The translations under genes and the position numbers were made by a program. Positions 33,184-42,115 of a stretch of DNA of 64,000 bases are shown in pieces; position 1 is the stretch's first letter, and each line of letters begins with the position of its first letter. The stretch spans positions 59,176 through 123,175 of the forward strand of contig CAVYDW010000004.1 of the NCBI GenBank assembly GCA_963767465.1. The letters are read 5' to 3'. This stretch comes from an uncultured Phycisphaerae bacterium. GTDB lineage: Bacteria > Planctomycetota > Phycisphaerae > UBA1845 > JANYLN01. Below the pieces are notes generated by a model. That model ran no database searches. It saw only the letters and a program-made list of their open reading frames with translations, and was not told the origin of the DNA.

Positions 33184-33764
33184 CTGACCCTGAGCTTTGC
33201 GCACACATCCCTCTTAAGCTCGGAGTGAACGTCCCCCATCAGACGCTCGAACTCATCTGTGTCGAAGCCGTCAATTGCTTCCGCGATGACCTGTTGTTTG
33301 AACTCGGCGATGTGGGAATAGACGTTCATGCCAGTGGACCCCATTAGCAACGCCTGGGGCAAGCGGCCCGAATACTCCTTGGCTTTCCTCTCCTCAAAGA
33401 GGTACTTGGTTGCCACTCGAAGGACCTTCAACAACTGTCCGTACCCTGTGCAAGTACCACAATCCTGATGGCCATCGCCGCAGTTACAAGTATACTCCGT
33501 TTTCCCATTCGTCCAGCGCACCTTCCCGCCACAGGTCTGGCATTTGACCCGTCCTTGACCGCGGCAATGTGGGCATTTGTAAACGTGGCCCATTGAAACG
33601 ACGAACCTCTCGCCCTCGATGGGCTGAAATCCATCGGGGAAATTCGTCTCATAAGCCCAGAGGGTCCCGGCCGACTCGTCGTTTATCGTATGCCCTTCGT
33701 AGGTGCTTCCGTCGTAGGGAATCTCCGCAATTTGCGCGGTTCGGTAGGCCATGTAAATGCCCAT
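33177..33764 (-). CDS. DnaJ-type (CxxCxGxG) zinc-finger protein
   Basis: YKCPHCRGQGRVKCQTCGGKVRW...YTCNCGDGHQDCGTCTGYGQL resembles the DnaJ cysteine-rich domain. ATG 33764 is preceded by AAAGG; GTG 33773 and an upstream open frame from ATG 33868 are alternatives. Confidence 0.65.
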   Translation of the reverse strand: MGIYMAYRTAQIAEIPYDGSTYEGHTINDESAGTLWAYETNFPDGFQPIEGERFVVSMGHVYKCPHCRGQGRVKCQTCGGKVRWTNGKTEYTCNCGDGHQDCGTCTGYGQLLKVLRVATKYLFEERKAKEYSGRLPQALLMGSTGMNVYSHIAEFKQQVIAEAIDGFDTDEFERLMGDVHSELKRDVCAKLRVRW

Positions 33765-34041
33765 CGAAAGCACCTTTGCGCCTCATCGGTACATTGCGTG
33801 ATGCGGGCTTTACTTCCCAGGCCCGAGGGAAGCATTAACTTGGAAAAGGCACCACTCCACCGGTTCATCGCGTTAACGATATATGGACTGACTGTAATAG
33901 AGGCCGGAGCGGGGGGTTGAAGCGGTGGAGAAGCCGGCGGAGCGGCTGTTCGAGTCGCTGGCCGGGGCGGAGAACCCGTCGCGGTGGCTGCCGGCCGAGG
34001 CGGTCGAGCCGGTGGTGGACTGGTCGCCGGGCTAGCTGTCC

Positions 34042-34251
34042 TCAGCTGCCACGACCGGCGTAGACTGCCGTAGCAGTTGTTTCGGCAGGGAACAGTTCCT
34101 TTACCTGCGAAGCGCGTACCCAATCGAGCAAGCCCTCACGCCAGATCGTATCTGTAGGTTTCAGCTTGCCTGTTCGGGCACGTTCCTTCAGCCCCTCACT
34201 ATCAACAGGTCCTTGCTTCTGACCGTCCTGCATCCAGTACCACTGCGCCAT
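34042..34251 (-). CDS. GYF_2 (DUF4339)-type domain protein, 69 aa
   Basis: GGAG lies 8 nt before ATG 34251. MAQWYWMQDGQKQGPVDSEGLKERARTGKLKPTDTIWREGLLDWVRASQVKEL matches the bacterial GYF_2 pattern (W.y...g...GP......L......G.i...t.vW..G...W). Confidence 0.7.
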   Translation of the reverse strand: MAQWYWMQDGQKQGPVDSEGLKERARTGKLKPTDTIWREGLLDWVRASQVKELFPAETTATAVYAGRGS

Positions 34252-35438
34252 GATTTAACTCCTAGAGCACGCGTTGTTAGTTGCTGACCGGCTGCATGCT
34301 ACGTTTCGGGCGGCGCGAGGCACGCTCGACGCAGACCGTCATCCTACTTCGCGATGACGTAGCCTCGAACGTCTTTTCCTGAACAGCCTGTTCGGTAAGG
34401 TTAGACTTGCGCGGGATGTGCAGTTCGCCTAGCCATGCGTTGCTAGTGAGGTCGAACAATCGCGCGTGAATGATCCCATCGTGGTCATATTCAAAGTCGA
34501 CGCGAACAGGAGATCCACGTGGATGTGGAGGAATCTCCATCGTTCCTTGCCCGACAATAACCACTTGAGCGAGGTCCTTGTCTTCGCCTTCAGTTACCTG
34601 AAGGAGAATGGCCGTCTGGCCGTCTGCAACGGTCTGAAAGACATCGCTCGCCTTACAGGGAAGCGGCGTGCCAACCTTCAGCACAATCGAGTTCGCGTCC
34701 TTTCCGGTGTCGTCAACAGCAACGACTCCCAAGCTGTGTGAATTGATGTCCTGGATTCTGACGATTGGAAACGATTCGTGCTTGCTCTCCTTCGAGGTAG
34801 TGCGTCTTGTCTCCTTCAGGTCTAGAAACGTGGCCTGTACTGCTGCCCCAATCGCCACAACTTCATCCGGGTGAAGCTCACAGGATGGACGCTTACCCGT
34901 GAGTTTCTCTAGCATCGTCGGGACAGCCTTCATCCTGGTTGAGCCCCCGGTGAGCAGGAGTTTGTCAATCTCTGACCACTGCAATCCCGCATTCTCCAGC
35001 ACAGACTGGACTTTGTTTGCTGTCCTCCTAAGAAGAGGTGCCGTCATCGCCTCGAAGTCGGCCCGCGTCAGCACGAGCGAGGCAGTCCTCCCCCCAGCCG
35101 CCAGAATCACTGTGGCTTTGTCGCTCGTGGAGAGCGTTTTCTTGGCGACCTCGGCCTTGTCCCTTAGCTGCTGCTCGAATTCCGGCGTATCACATAGGTC
35201 AATCCCAGTCCGTTTCTTGAACTCCTCGTTCAGGGACTTCATCATCTCGTTGTCCCAGTCGAACCCGCCGAGACATCTGTCACCATCGGTAGCGACCACA
35301 TGGACTTCATGTCTCTCAAGGCGGATCACAGTCACGTCAAACGTGCCGCCGCCCAAGTCATACACCATGACCGTCTGCTCTCCACGGTCCAGTCGCATCG
35401 CTCCGGTCTCTTTGGAGCCACACTTCCGAAAGCTGTTG

Positions 35439-37010
35439 GTATCTGTTTAGCGGCCTGAAAGACACTGATTGGTGAGCGGAGTGGTTGGCATATAATAGTG
35501 TTGCCGCCGGCGCGGTGGAACTTGGGTTGCGACGCGGTTGGAACCGGCGAGCAAGCGGGGTCAAGGATGGCCCGAGCGAGTTACGAAGAACTTCTGGCCG
35601 AGAATCAGCAACTCCGGCAGCGAGTAACGGAACTGGAAGGGCAGGTTCGGCAGTTGACCGCTCAAGTTCGCGAACTGACCGCCCAATTCCAGGAAGCCCT
35701 GCGAGCCACCAAACGGCAAGCCGCGCCGTTTTCCAAGGGACCGCCCAAAGCAAACCCTAAGCTTCCCGGTCGCAAGGCCGGGGCAGATTATGGTCCCAAG
35801 GCGCATCGCCCTCTGCCGGAGCAGATGCCTGACGAGATCCACGACGTGCCTCTGCCCGAGCGGTGCCCCGACTGCGGCGGGCCTGTGCGGGAAGATCACA
35901 TCGATCGGCAATTCCAGGTCGAAATCCCGCGCAAGCCCCTCGTACGGCGGTTCGATGTCCACGTCGGAGGGTGCCGCGCGTGCGGCCGACGCATTCGTCC
36001 GCGGCATCGCTTGCAGACCTCGCAGGCGAGCGGGGCGGCGGCCTCACAGACCGGACCGGACCTGCAAGCCCTGATCGCGATGATGAAGGACAAGTACGGA
36101 CTGAGTTACGGGGACATCCAGGGACTGTTAAATGACGGCTTCGGCATCTCGATCAGCCGAGGCGGGGCCGCCCAGGTCGTGCAGCGGGCAGCGCAGCGAG
36201 CCGAAGCGTTCTACGACCGCATCGGCCAGATCGTGCGGGCCAGCGATACGGTCTATCCCGACGAGACGGGCTGGAAGGTCGGCGGGCTGCTGAAGTGGCT
36301 ATGGGTCTTCGCGGGCGAGCAGGTCAGATACTACGTGATTCGTCCCAGCCGCGGCCGCGATGTGCTGGAAGAGGTGCTGGGCAGAGACTATAGCGGGTGG
36401 ATGACGCATGACGGGTGGGCTCCGTATGACGGCCTGGAGCAGGCGGAGCATCAGCAGTGTGTCACCCACCTGCTGCGCCGGGCCCAGGACCTGTTGGAAC
36501 GGGCCCGCCGCGGGGCGGTCCGCTTCCCGCGGCAGGTTCACCAATTGTTGCTGGACGCCCTGGACCTGCGGGACCGACGGGATGTCTTTTCGATCAGCTC
36601 TTACGGCTTGGCTGTAGCGCAGGGGCGATTGGAATCGCGACTGAAGGGATTGCTGGGCTGGAGGCTCTCGCACGAAGGTAACCGGAAGTTCCGGGACCAT
36701 TTGGCCCGGCACGCCGAACAGATCCTCACGTTCCTGTACGTATGGGGGCTGGAGGCGAGCAACTGGCCAGCCGAGCAGGCGATCCGTCCGATGGTGGCCA
36801 ATCGCAAGGTCTTCGGGGGAAATCGCACGTGGGCCGGGGCCCATGCCCAGGAGGTGCTGGGTAGTCTGTTTGCCACCTGCTCAGCAGACCCGCGACAGCC
36901 TGAGGTTGCTGTCAAACCTGATTCGCGCCACACCCCGTCAGCGAGCCGCCTACCTTGGGCACTTCCTCCCCGCCCCGGCGGGCTAACACCTCAGACCGCT
37001 AAACAGATAC
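35439..37010 (+). mobile_element. IS66-family insertion sequence, copy B (1572 bp) inside the Hsp70 gene
   Basis: It has the same termini as copy A. An 8-bp target duplication AGCTGTTG lies at 35431-35438 and 37011-37018. All six-frame ORFs are identical to copy A at a constant offset of 4988 until a 2-bp difference near the 3' end. Confidence 0.9.
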
Positions 37011-37129
37011 AGCTGTTGAAGGCGTATGCCAAGGCGGCAGCGGTCGGCTCGTTGATAAGTCTCAGGACATTCAGTCCGGCAATACGCCCGGCGTCCTGTG
37101 TTGCCTTGCGCTGGGCGTCCCCGAAGTAG
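35567..37129 (+). pseudogene. IS66-family transposase, copy B; a 2-bp deletion changes the last ~35 codons and reads out of the element
   Basis: CACCTGCGCTCAGCAG in copy A (about 31887-31902) is CACCTGCTCAGCAG here (about 36875-36888). The tail becomes ...FATCSADPRQPEV... and runs through the right IS end to 37129. Confidence 0.8.
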
Positions 37130-37924
37130 GCAGGGACGGCGATAACAGCATCTTTGATTGGCTCCCCCAGAGCCCTCTCGGCGTCCTCTCTTAGGCGTTT
37201 GAGGATGATGGCCGAAATGTCCTCAGATGTGAATGTTTCGCCGCGCTCTGTGCAGAACCGCCAAGAAGGGTCTCCCATGTGGCGCTTTACGAACTGCACG
37301 ACGTTAAGCGGGCGGGCAACTGCCGACTGTTTGGCAATCGTGCCGACAATTGGACTGTCACCGTCGAACAAGACGACTGAAGGCGTAATCCGTTCCCCTT
37401 CGCGATTAGGAATGATCTCCGGGCCACCCTCGGCATTCACCGCCGCAATAGCCGAAAAGGTAGTGCCCAAGTCTATCCCGACTACTCGCCCCACGGTTGA
37501 ACACTCCTTTCCCGATCTCTATTTGATCAGGCCACTGGCTCACCCTTTGGCATGTATCCCTGCCAGGTGGCCTGCCTTTGGGCCGCGCCCTCTGAATGGC
37601 ACTGCCGTAGATATCTCCCCATGTTATAGCCCGTTATGGATTGAGCAATGCGCGTTCCGGAAAATATGGCCACATTTTTCCGGATATTCTGGCCACCTTT
37701 GCCGACGATGGCCACTGACGGCTCGCGGCTGTTGCCGCGAGGGATTTATCGCTTTGATGCTAATCCCGAAGGGTGAGGAAAGACGGGCGGCATGACGTCG
37801 TCGCCGCCCGCCCTTCGGTCTTAGCCCCTGGGTCGGCGCTCGGGTCGGTTCCCACCGGCGCCCTATCCTCCGCCCAGGTCATCTTCGATCCTATCGATCA
37901 GCCGTGGTCCCGCAAGGTCCACCC

Positions 37925-38741
37925 TCAAAGGCCTGCCGGCTCGGCATCCTTCTCGGCCGCCTTCAGATGCCGCGTCCGATAGGACGGCCCACGCAGTTGG
38001 ATGAATCGCCCACGTTCCAGGATCCGATCTGTAATCGCCTCGGCCAGGTCCGCATCGTGCAGCACCTGGCCCCAGTGGCTCAGCGCCTTGTTCGTGGTCA
38101 GCAGCATCGGCTTTTTGTGCAGGTAGCGGTGATTGACCACCTGGAACAGCACGTTGGCCGCGTCGGTGCCCGTGGTCAGGTAGCCCACCTCGTCGATGAC
38201 CAGTACGTGCGGCTGCACGTACGGCACCAGCGCCTTGCGCAGTTGGGCCGCCCCGGCGGCCGCGGACAGCTCGTCGATCAGTTCGGCCGCGGTGGTGAAG
38301 TAGGCGTCGTAACCGTTCTGGATGGCGCGATAGGCGACCCCGATCGATAAATGGGTTTTTCCCGTTCCGGAAGTTCCACCCAGGATCAGGCAGCGCCCCT
38401 CGCTGACCAGTTCCGGACCGAGGTAACTGCCCAGCAGGGACAGCCGGACAGCCGTCTGGAGTTGGAAGTTGAACTCCTCGATCGTCCGCAGGAACGGGAA
38501 GCCGGCCTTGCGGACCGCCCGCTGGATGCGCAGTTTCACTGCGATGGGCCACCTCCTCGGCCACCAGGAGCGCCAGGTAGTCGCGGTAACTCATCTGCTC
38601 GGTCTCGGCGCGTGCCTCCAACTCGGCGTACAGCCGGCGGATCGTCGGCAGGTGCAGGCGCCGCAGCAGGCCCTCCAGGTCCACCGCAGCAGGGCCCGGA
38701 GCCGAGGGATTGGCAGGAGTCGATGGGGGTGTCGGTTTCAT
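37925..38741 (-). pseudogene. istB: IS21-family IstB helper, one apparent frame break near 38540
   Basis: ATG 38741 overlaps the istA stop (ATGA). Walker A is LILGGTSGTGKTHL and Walker B is VLVIDEVGY. The N-terminal 67 aa lie in ORF 37863..38741 and the rest in ORF 37925..38539. Confidence 0.8.
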
Positions 38742-40129
38742 CGCACGCCCTCCCGCTCCAGGACCCAGGTGATCGCCTTGACGTGATGCCGGCCGTTGGA
38801 CAGGGCATGCTCAATCGCTCCCAGCGTTCGCCGGGGGCCATACTCCAGCAGCAGGTTATGCAGCTGCTCTACCTGGACCTTCCAGTTCATCCGCGGCTGG
38901 TGCACCCACTCGGTCAGCAGAGATTCCGCCGATGGCCCCAATTCCAGGATCTCCTGGCGTTTCTGATAGAGTTGGGCCCGCTGGCCGTGGACCGCCGCCA
39001 GCTTGGCCACGCGGTCCTCGCTACGATACGACGTCTGTCCGACCTCCGGGTAACGGGGATGTTCCACCTGGGTTCCGTCACGCGTGACGATCCGCACCCG
39101 TTCGGGATACAGGAACAACGTGCCGGGGATGCCGATGGTGCCCGGCGGCATCGAATAGCGAATGCCCTCGTGCTCGACGAACCCGGTGGTCCGCACCGTC
39201 ACCGGCACCCGTAGCGGATACTCCGTCGGCCGGATCGGCAGGCGGGACAGGCGTTCCCGCTCGGCCTTCATTCGTTCGGCCGGGATCTGGTTGGTTGCCC
39301 GGCTGGGCCGCCGCAGGTTCACCTCTTCCAGCCAGGCGAGCAGTTGCTGTTCCAGGTCTGCCCGGTCATGGAACCGCCGAACCTTGAAGAAGCTGCCCTT
39401 GACCCAGCCGACCAGGTTCTCCACGGACCCCTTCTGGTTGGCCCGCCGCGGCCAGCACAACTCCACCCCGAAGCCGTAATCCACCGGCACGTGGGCGAAG
39501 GTCTGGTTCCAGTCGATGAACCCTTCGCTTCGCCCGGTCACGATCGTCTTTGGATTGTCGAAGACCGCCCGCAACGGAACCCCCTCAAACGACTCGAAGG
39601 CCTTCAGCAAGGCCCGGATGAGAGGCTCGACCTTCTCATCCGGCACCGTGACCACGTGCGTCCATCGCGAGTACTTCAGCCGCGAGGCGAAGAAGTGAAC
39701 CTTCTCGTCGGAACCGTCGGCGTAGGTGACCGCCACGCTGCCGAAGTCGTGCTGGCTGAACTCGCCCGGCACCCCCTCGAACCGCACCTCCGGCCCGCGC
39801 TGCGCCTTGGGACGCACAGACCGGACTAGTTCGTAGACGGCCGACTTGCCGCCCGTGTAGCCCAGACCCCGCACGCGACGGAGAACCTCCACGGTTGGCA
39901 GCAGCGGCTCTGCCTGCAAGATCTGCTCCACCTGCGATCGTAATGCATCGACCTGGCTGGGCCGGCCGATGCGTCGTGACTGGGGTGTGGCGGCGGCCTC
40001 CGGACTGGTGATGGGCGGCTCCCGCAGAATGCGTTGTACGGAGCGTTTGCCCACGCCGACGGTCTCGGCGATCTCCTCCAAGGTGTGTCCAGCCTGCCGC
40101 AGCGTCCAAATGCGTACCCGATCCAACAT
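38738..40129 (-). CDS. istA: IS21-family IstA transposase (intact)
   Basis: AAGGAGG lies 9 nt before ATG 40129 (ATG 40138 abuts the RBS). HTH reads MLDRVRIWTLRQAGHTLEEIAETVGVGKRSVQRIL. The DDE core reads FSQHDFGSVAV...RLKYSRWTHV...DNPKTIV... Confidence 0.85.
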   Translation of the reverse strand: MLDRVRIWTLRQAGHTLEEIAETVGVGKRSVQRILREPPITSPEAAATPQSRRIGRPSQVDALRSQVEQILQAEPLLPTVEVLRRVRGLGYTGGKSAVYELVRSVRPKAQRGPEVRFEGVPGEFSQHDFGSVAVTYADGSDEKVHFFASRLKYSRWTHVVTVPDEKVEPLIRALLKAFESFEGVPLRAVFDNPKTIVTGRSEGFIDWNQTFAHVPVDYGFGVELCWPRRANQKGSVENLVGWVKGSFFKVRRFHDRADLEQQLLAWLEEVNLRRPSRATNQIPAERMKAERERLSRLPIRPTEYPLRVPVTVRTTGFVEHEGIRYSMPPGTIGIPGTLFLYPERVRIVTRDGTQVEHPRYPEVGQTSYRSEDRVAKLAAVHGQRAQLYQKRQEILELGPSAESLLTEWVHQPRMNWKVQVEQLHNLLLEYGPRRTLGAIEHALSNGRHHVKAITWVLEREGVR

Positions 40130-40212
40130 GCTGATCATCCTCCTTGTTCCTCGCGCCCGGCGGCACCATTGCCCCCGGCCATCGCGAGAAAACATTACCG
40201 GAAATCCAGGCC

Positions 40213-41670
40213 TCAAAAGTGGCCAGAATTTCCGGAAAAGAGGTGGTCAGAATTTTCGGAACCCGCAAGCAACGCTTCCCGCAGTTGCCGGCGAGGGTCG
40301 TGCATGAGGGGGTAGCGGTCCCGGGATCGTTTGATCACACGCGGTTCGATGCGGCCCGGTCGGTTGGCCACTTCATTGGCAGCGATTCGTTCCCTTGCCA
40401 GAGACAACAATTGGCGCGGATCCCGGCAGGCCCCCGTTGCCAACAACATCCAGGACGACAAGACCGTCTGGCAGGCCAGAGTGAAGCCCAACTGACGCGG
40501 CTGTTTGGCATGGATGCTCGCCGCCGTGGCAATCAGGCCGCGGACCAGGTTGTAGGCCAGCAGCGTCACGTACAGTTCCCGCCGAACCATGTCCGGCGTC
40601 TTGCAGCGGACGTGATCCAGGCCCAGCGTTTGCTTGATGTCTCGAATGTCCAGTTCCGCGTTCCAGCGGTAGCCGTAGAGTTCGGCAATCTCTTGCGGGG
40701 GGTAGGCCGACAGGTCCGTCAATGACGTGACCACGGTGATCGATTCGGTTCGTCGGCCCGGAACGGTTACCTGGAACCGCCGTTCCCGAAGCGTCATCGT
40801 CTGGGGAATCTGTTCGTATAGTTCCTCGGACATCCAGTCTGGCTTTTTCGGCCGGGTCCAGGTGATCCAGTGATCGTCCGGCCCCAGACGCTGGCCCCGT
40901 CGGAAGTCGACGGGGCGACGCTGATGCAGACGCGCACAGAAACGGACCCCGCGCGATCGCAGGATGGCCAGCATCAGAAACGAGCAGAAGCACCGGTCGA
41001 AGACGGCCACGTCCCCCGGCTTCAAACACTCCAGGATGCCGCGCAGCAGGGCGGTTTCGCCGGTTTGCTTGCCTTCGTAGGGACCGATGTTCAGGTCGAG
41101 GATCGCCGCCGTCGCCAGCGATACCACCGCGCAGGCCCGCGCGATCGGGAAGCCCGCGCCGGGCCGCTGGTTCTTCTGTTGGGGGAACACCTGCTGGTTG
41201 GCCGGCGTGTCGGGCATGGTGAAGGTAAAGCCGTCAATGAGTTTGGCGTGCAGCCCATGCCACAGCCACGAAGCCTTGGCGCGATCCTGCAACCGCCGGG
41301 CCACGCCGACCACCAGGTTGCGCAGCGCCGTCAGATTCAGCTTGGAGCGGGCCCGGCAATAGTCTCCCGTGTCACCCGAGGGCACCCGACCGGCCGTCTG
41401 CTGCATGTAGGTCGCAACATCCGCCACCGCCGCGGCGCAGGCTGCCCCCTTGCCGCCCCGCAAGACCTGGCCCAGAAAGGCCCAAAGCACGATCGACGTG
41501 GAGAAGATATCGTCCTGCCCGAACAACGCATCGTTGTCGGCAAAGGCCTGCTCGATGGCATCGCCGGGGAGCACCTCGGCGAACCGCAGGCCCGGCTGTT
41601 GCAGGAATGGGGCGACGACGGTGTTAAAGCGATTCCGCCGCGGGCTTGGACGGGGCGCTACGATATACAT
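40213..41670 (-). pseudogene. IS4-family DDE transposase; the last three codons are displaced by the IS21 insertion
   Basis: AAGGAGG lies 7 nt before ATG 41670. Motifs LIDGFTFTMPD, VAVFDRCFCSF and YGYRWNAELDIRDIK (Y-2-R-3-E-6-K) are present. Without IS21 the frame ends ...RQLREALLNP-TAA at 37634-37636. As it stands it reads into the IS21 end (...LLAGSENSDHLFSGNSGHF). Confidence 0.8.
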
Positions 41671-42115
41671 GAAAAGCCCTCCTTGGCTTCGGTGGGACGC
41701 CAAGCCAAGGAGGGCCACCACAATCATAGGCCAAGGAAGGCAAAAACGCGTCCAGCGATGCTGGCCGCACTCAGACTGTATTCATACGCGAGGCGCAAGA
41801 CAACCACTGGGTCCGCGTAAACGCCAGCCTTGCGCGCCTCTATCCCTCTCCGCCGGACGGCAGTGCCATTCGCCGCGTCCTCTCCATTTCCCTGTATGGA
41901 TGCTGAACGCGTTTCAGTTAGACGCAATTCAGGCGCCGCGAGCCCGGGCTGTAATGATTCCAGGCGTAAGACGAACACCTCAACAGCTGCGAACAGAACT
42001 GCACCTGTAGACTGATGTCTGCAATCTGCGAGCCAACAGGGTTTTCAAGAACCTGAGGCCTAAACTTGCATTATTCTCGGGGATCAGAGGAAGTCAAGAT
42101 ATAAGTGTCTGAGGT

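Larger units (their letters stand above)
34277..37494 (-). pseudogene. HscC-like Hsp70 paralogue (545 aa, no helical lid) interrupted by IS66 copy B
   Basis: AAGGAG lies 9 nt before GTG 37494. Motifs [43 protein letters not shown] and LLTGGSTRM are present, plus a beta-sandwich SBD. The N-fragment is 37011-37494 and the C-fragment is 34277-35430. Deleting 35439-37010 plus one copy of AGCTGTTG restores ...LAYAFNS|FRKCGSKETGAMRLDRGEQTVMVYDLGGG... in frame. Confidence 0.9.
37649..40267 (-). mobile_element. IS21-family insertion sequence, copy 2 (2619 bp), nested in the IS4 element
   Basis: Ends are TGCGCGTTCCGGAAAATATGGCCAC... and the reverse complement TGCGGGTTCCGAAAATTCTGACCAC..., each with a second TTCCGGAnATTCTGGCCAC repeat. 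A 5-bp target duplication AGCAA lies at 37644-37648 and 40268-40272. Confidence 0.85.
37594..41871 (-). mobile_element. IS4-family insertion sequence (1654 bp without its passenger) carrying a nested IS21
   Basis: There is a perfect 15-bp terminal inverted repeat, GAATGGCACTGCCGT (37594-37608) and ACGGCAGTGCCATTC (41857-41871). A 12-bp target duplication GCCGCGCCCTCT (37582-37593) and GCCGCGTCCTCT (41872-41883) has one mismatch. Confidence 0.8.

Noticed and set aside
33683-34123. A 146-aa ORF spanning the GYF/zinc-finger spacer, considered as an independent gene.
   Set aside because: It overlaps the well-supported GYF gene in another frame at its 5' end and the zinc-finger gene at its 3' end, and it has no RBS. 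It is more likely either a shadow frame or evidence of frame errors that link neighbouring genes (discussed as a finding).
42107-42114. The octamer GTCTGAGG flanks both the IS4/IS5-type element (42107, 43862) and the ISKra4-like copy 2 (49989, 51508). Its complement occurs inside both IS66 right ends. This suggested a shared target motif.
   Set aside because: With an 8-bp duplication for ISKra4 copy 2 (GCGTCTGA), the trailing GG belongs to the element ends. The overlap between the two target sites therefore shrinks to about 6 nt. The IS66 occurrences are internal to the element. That is too little to claim a common hotspot without a genome-wide count.
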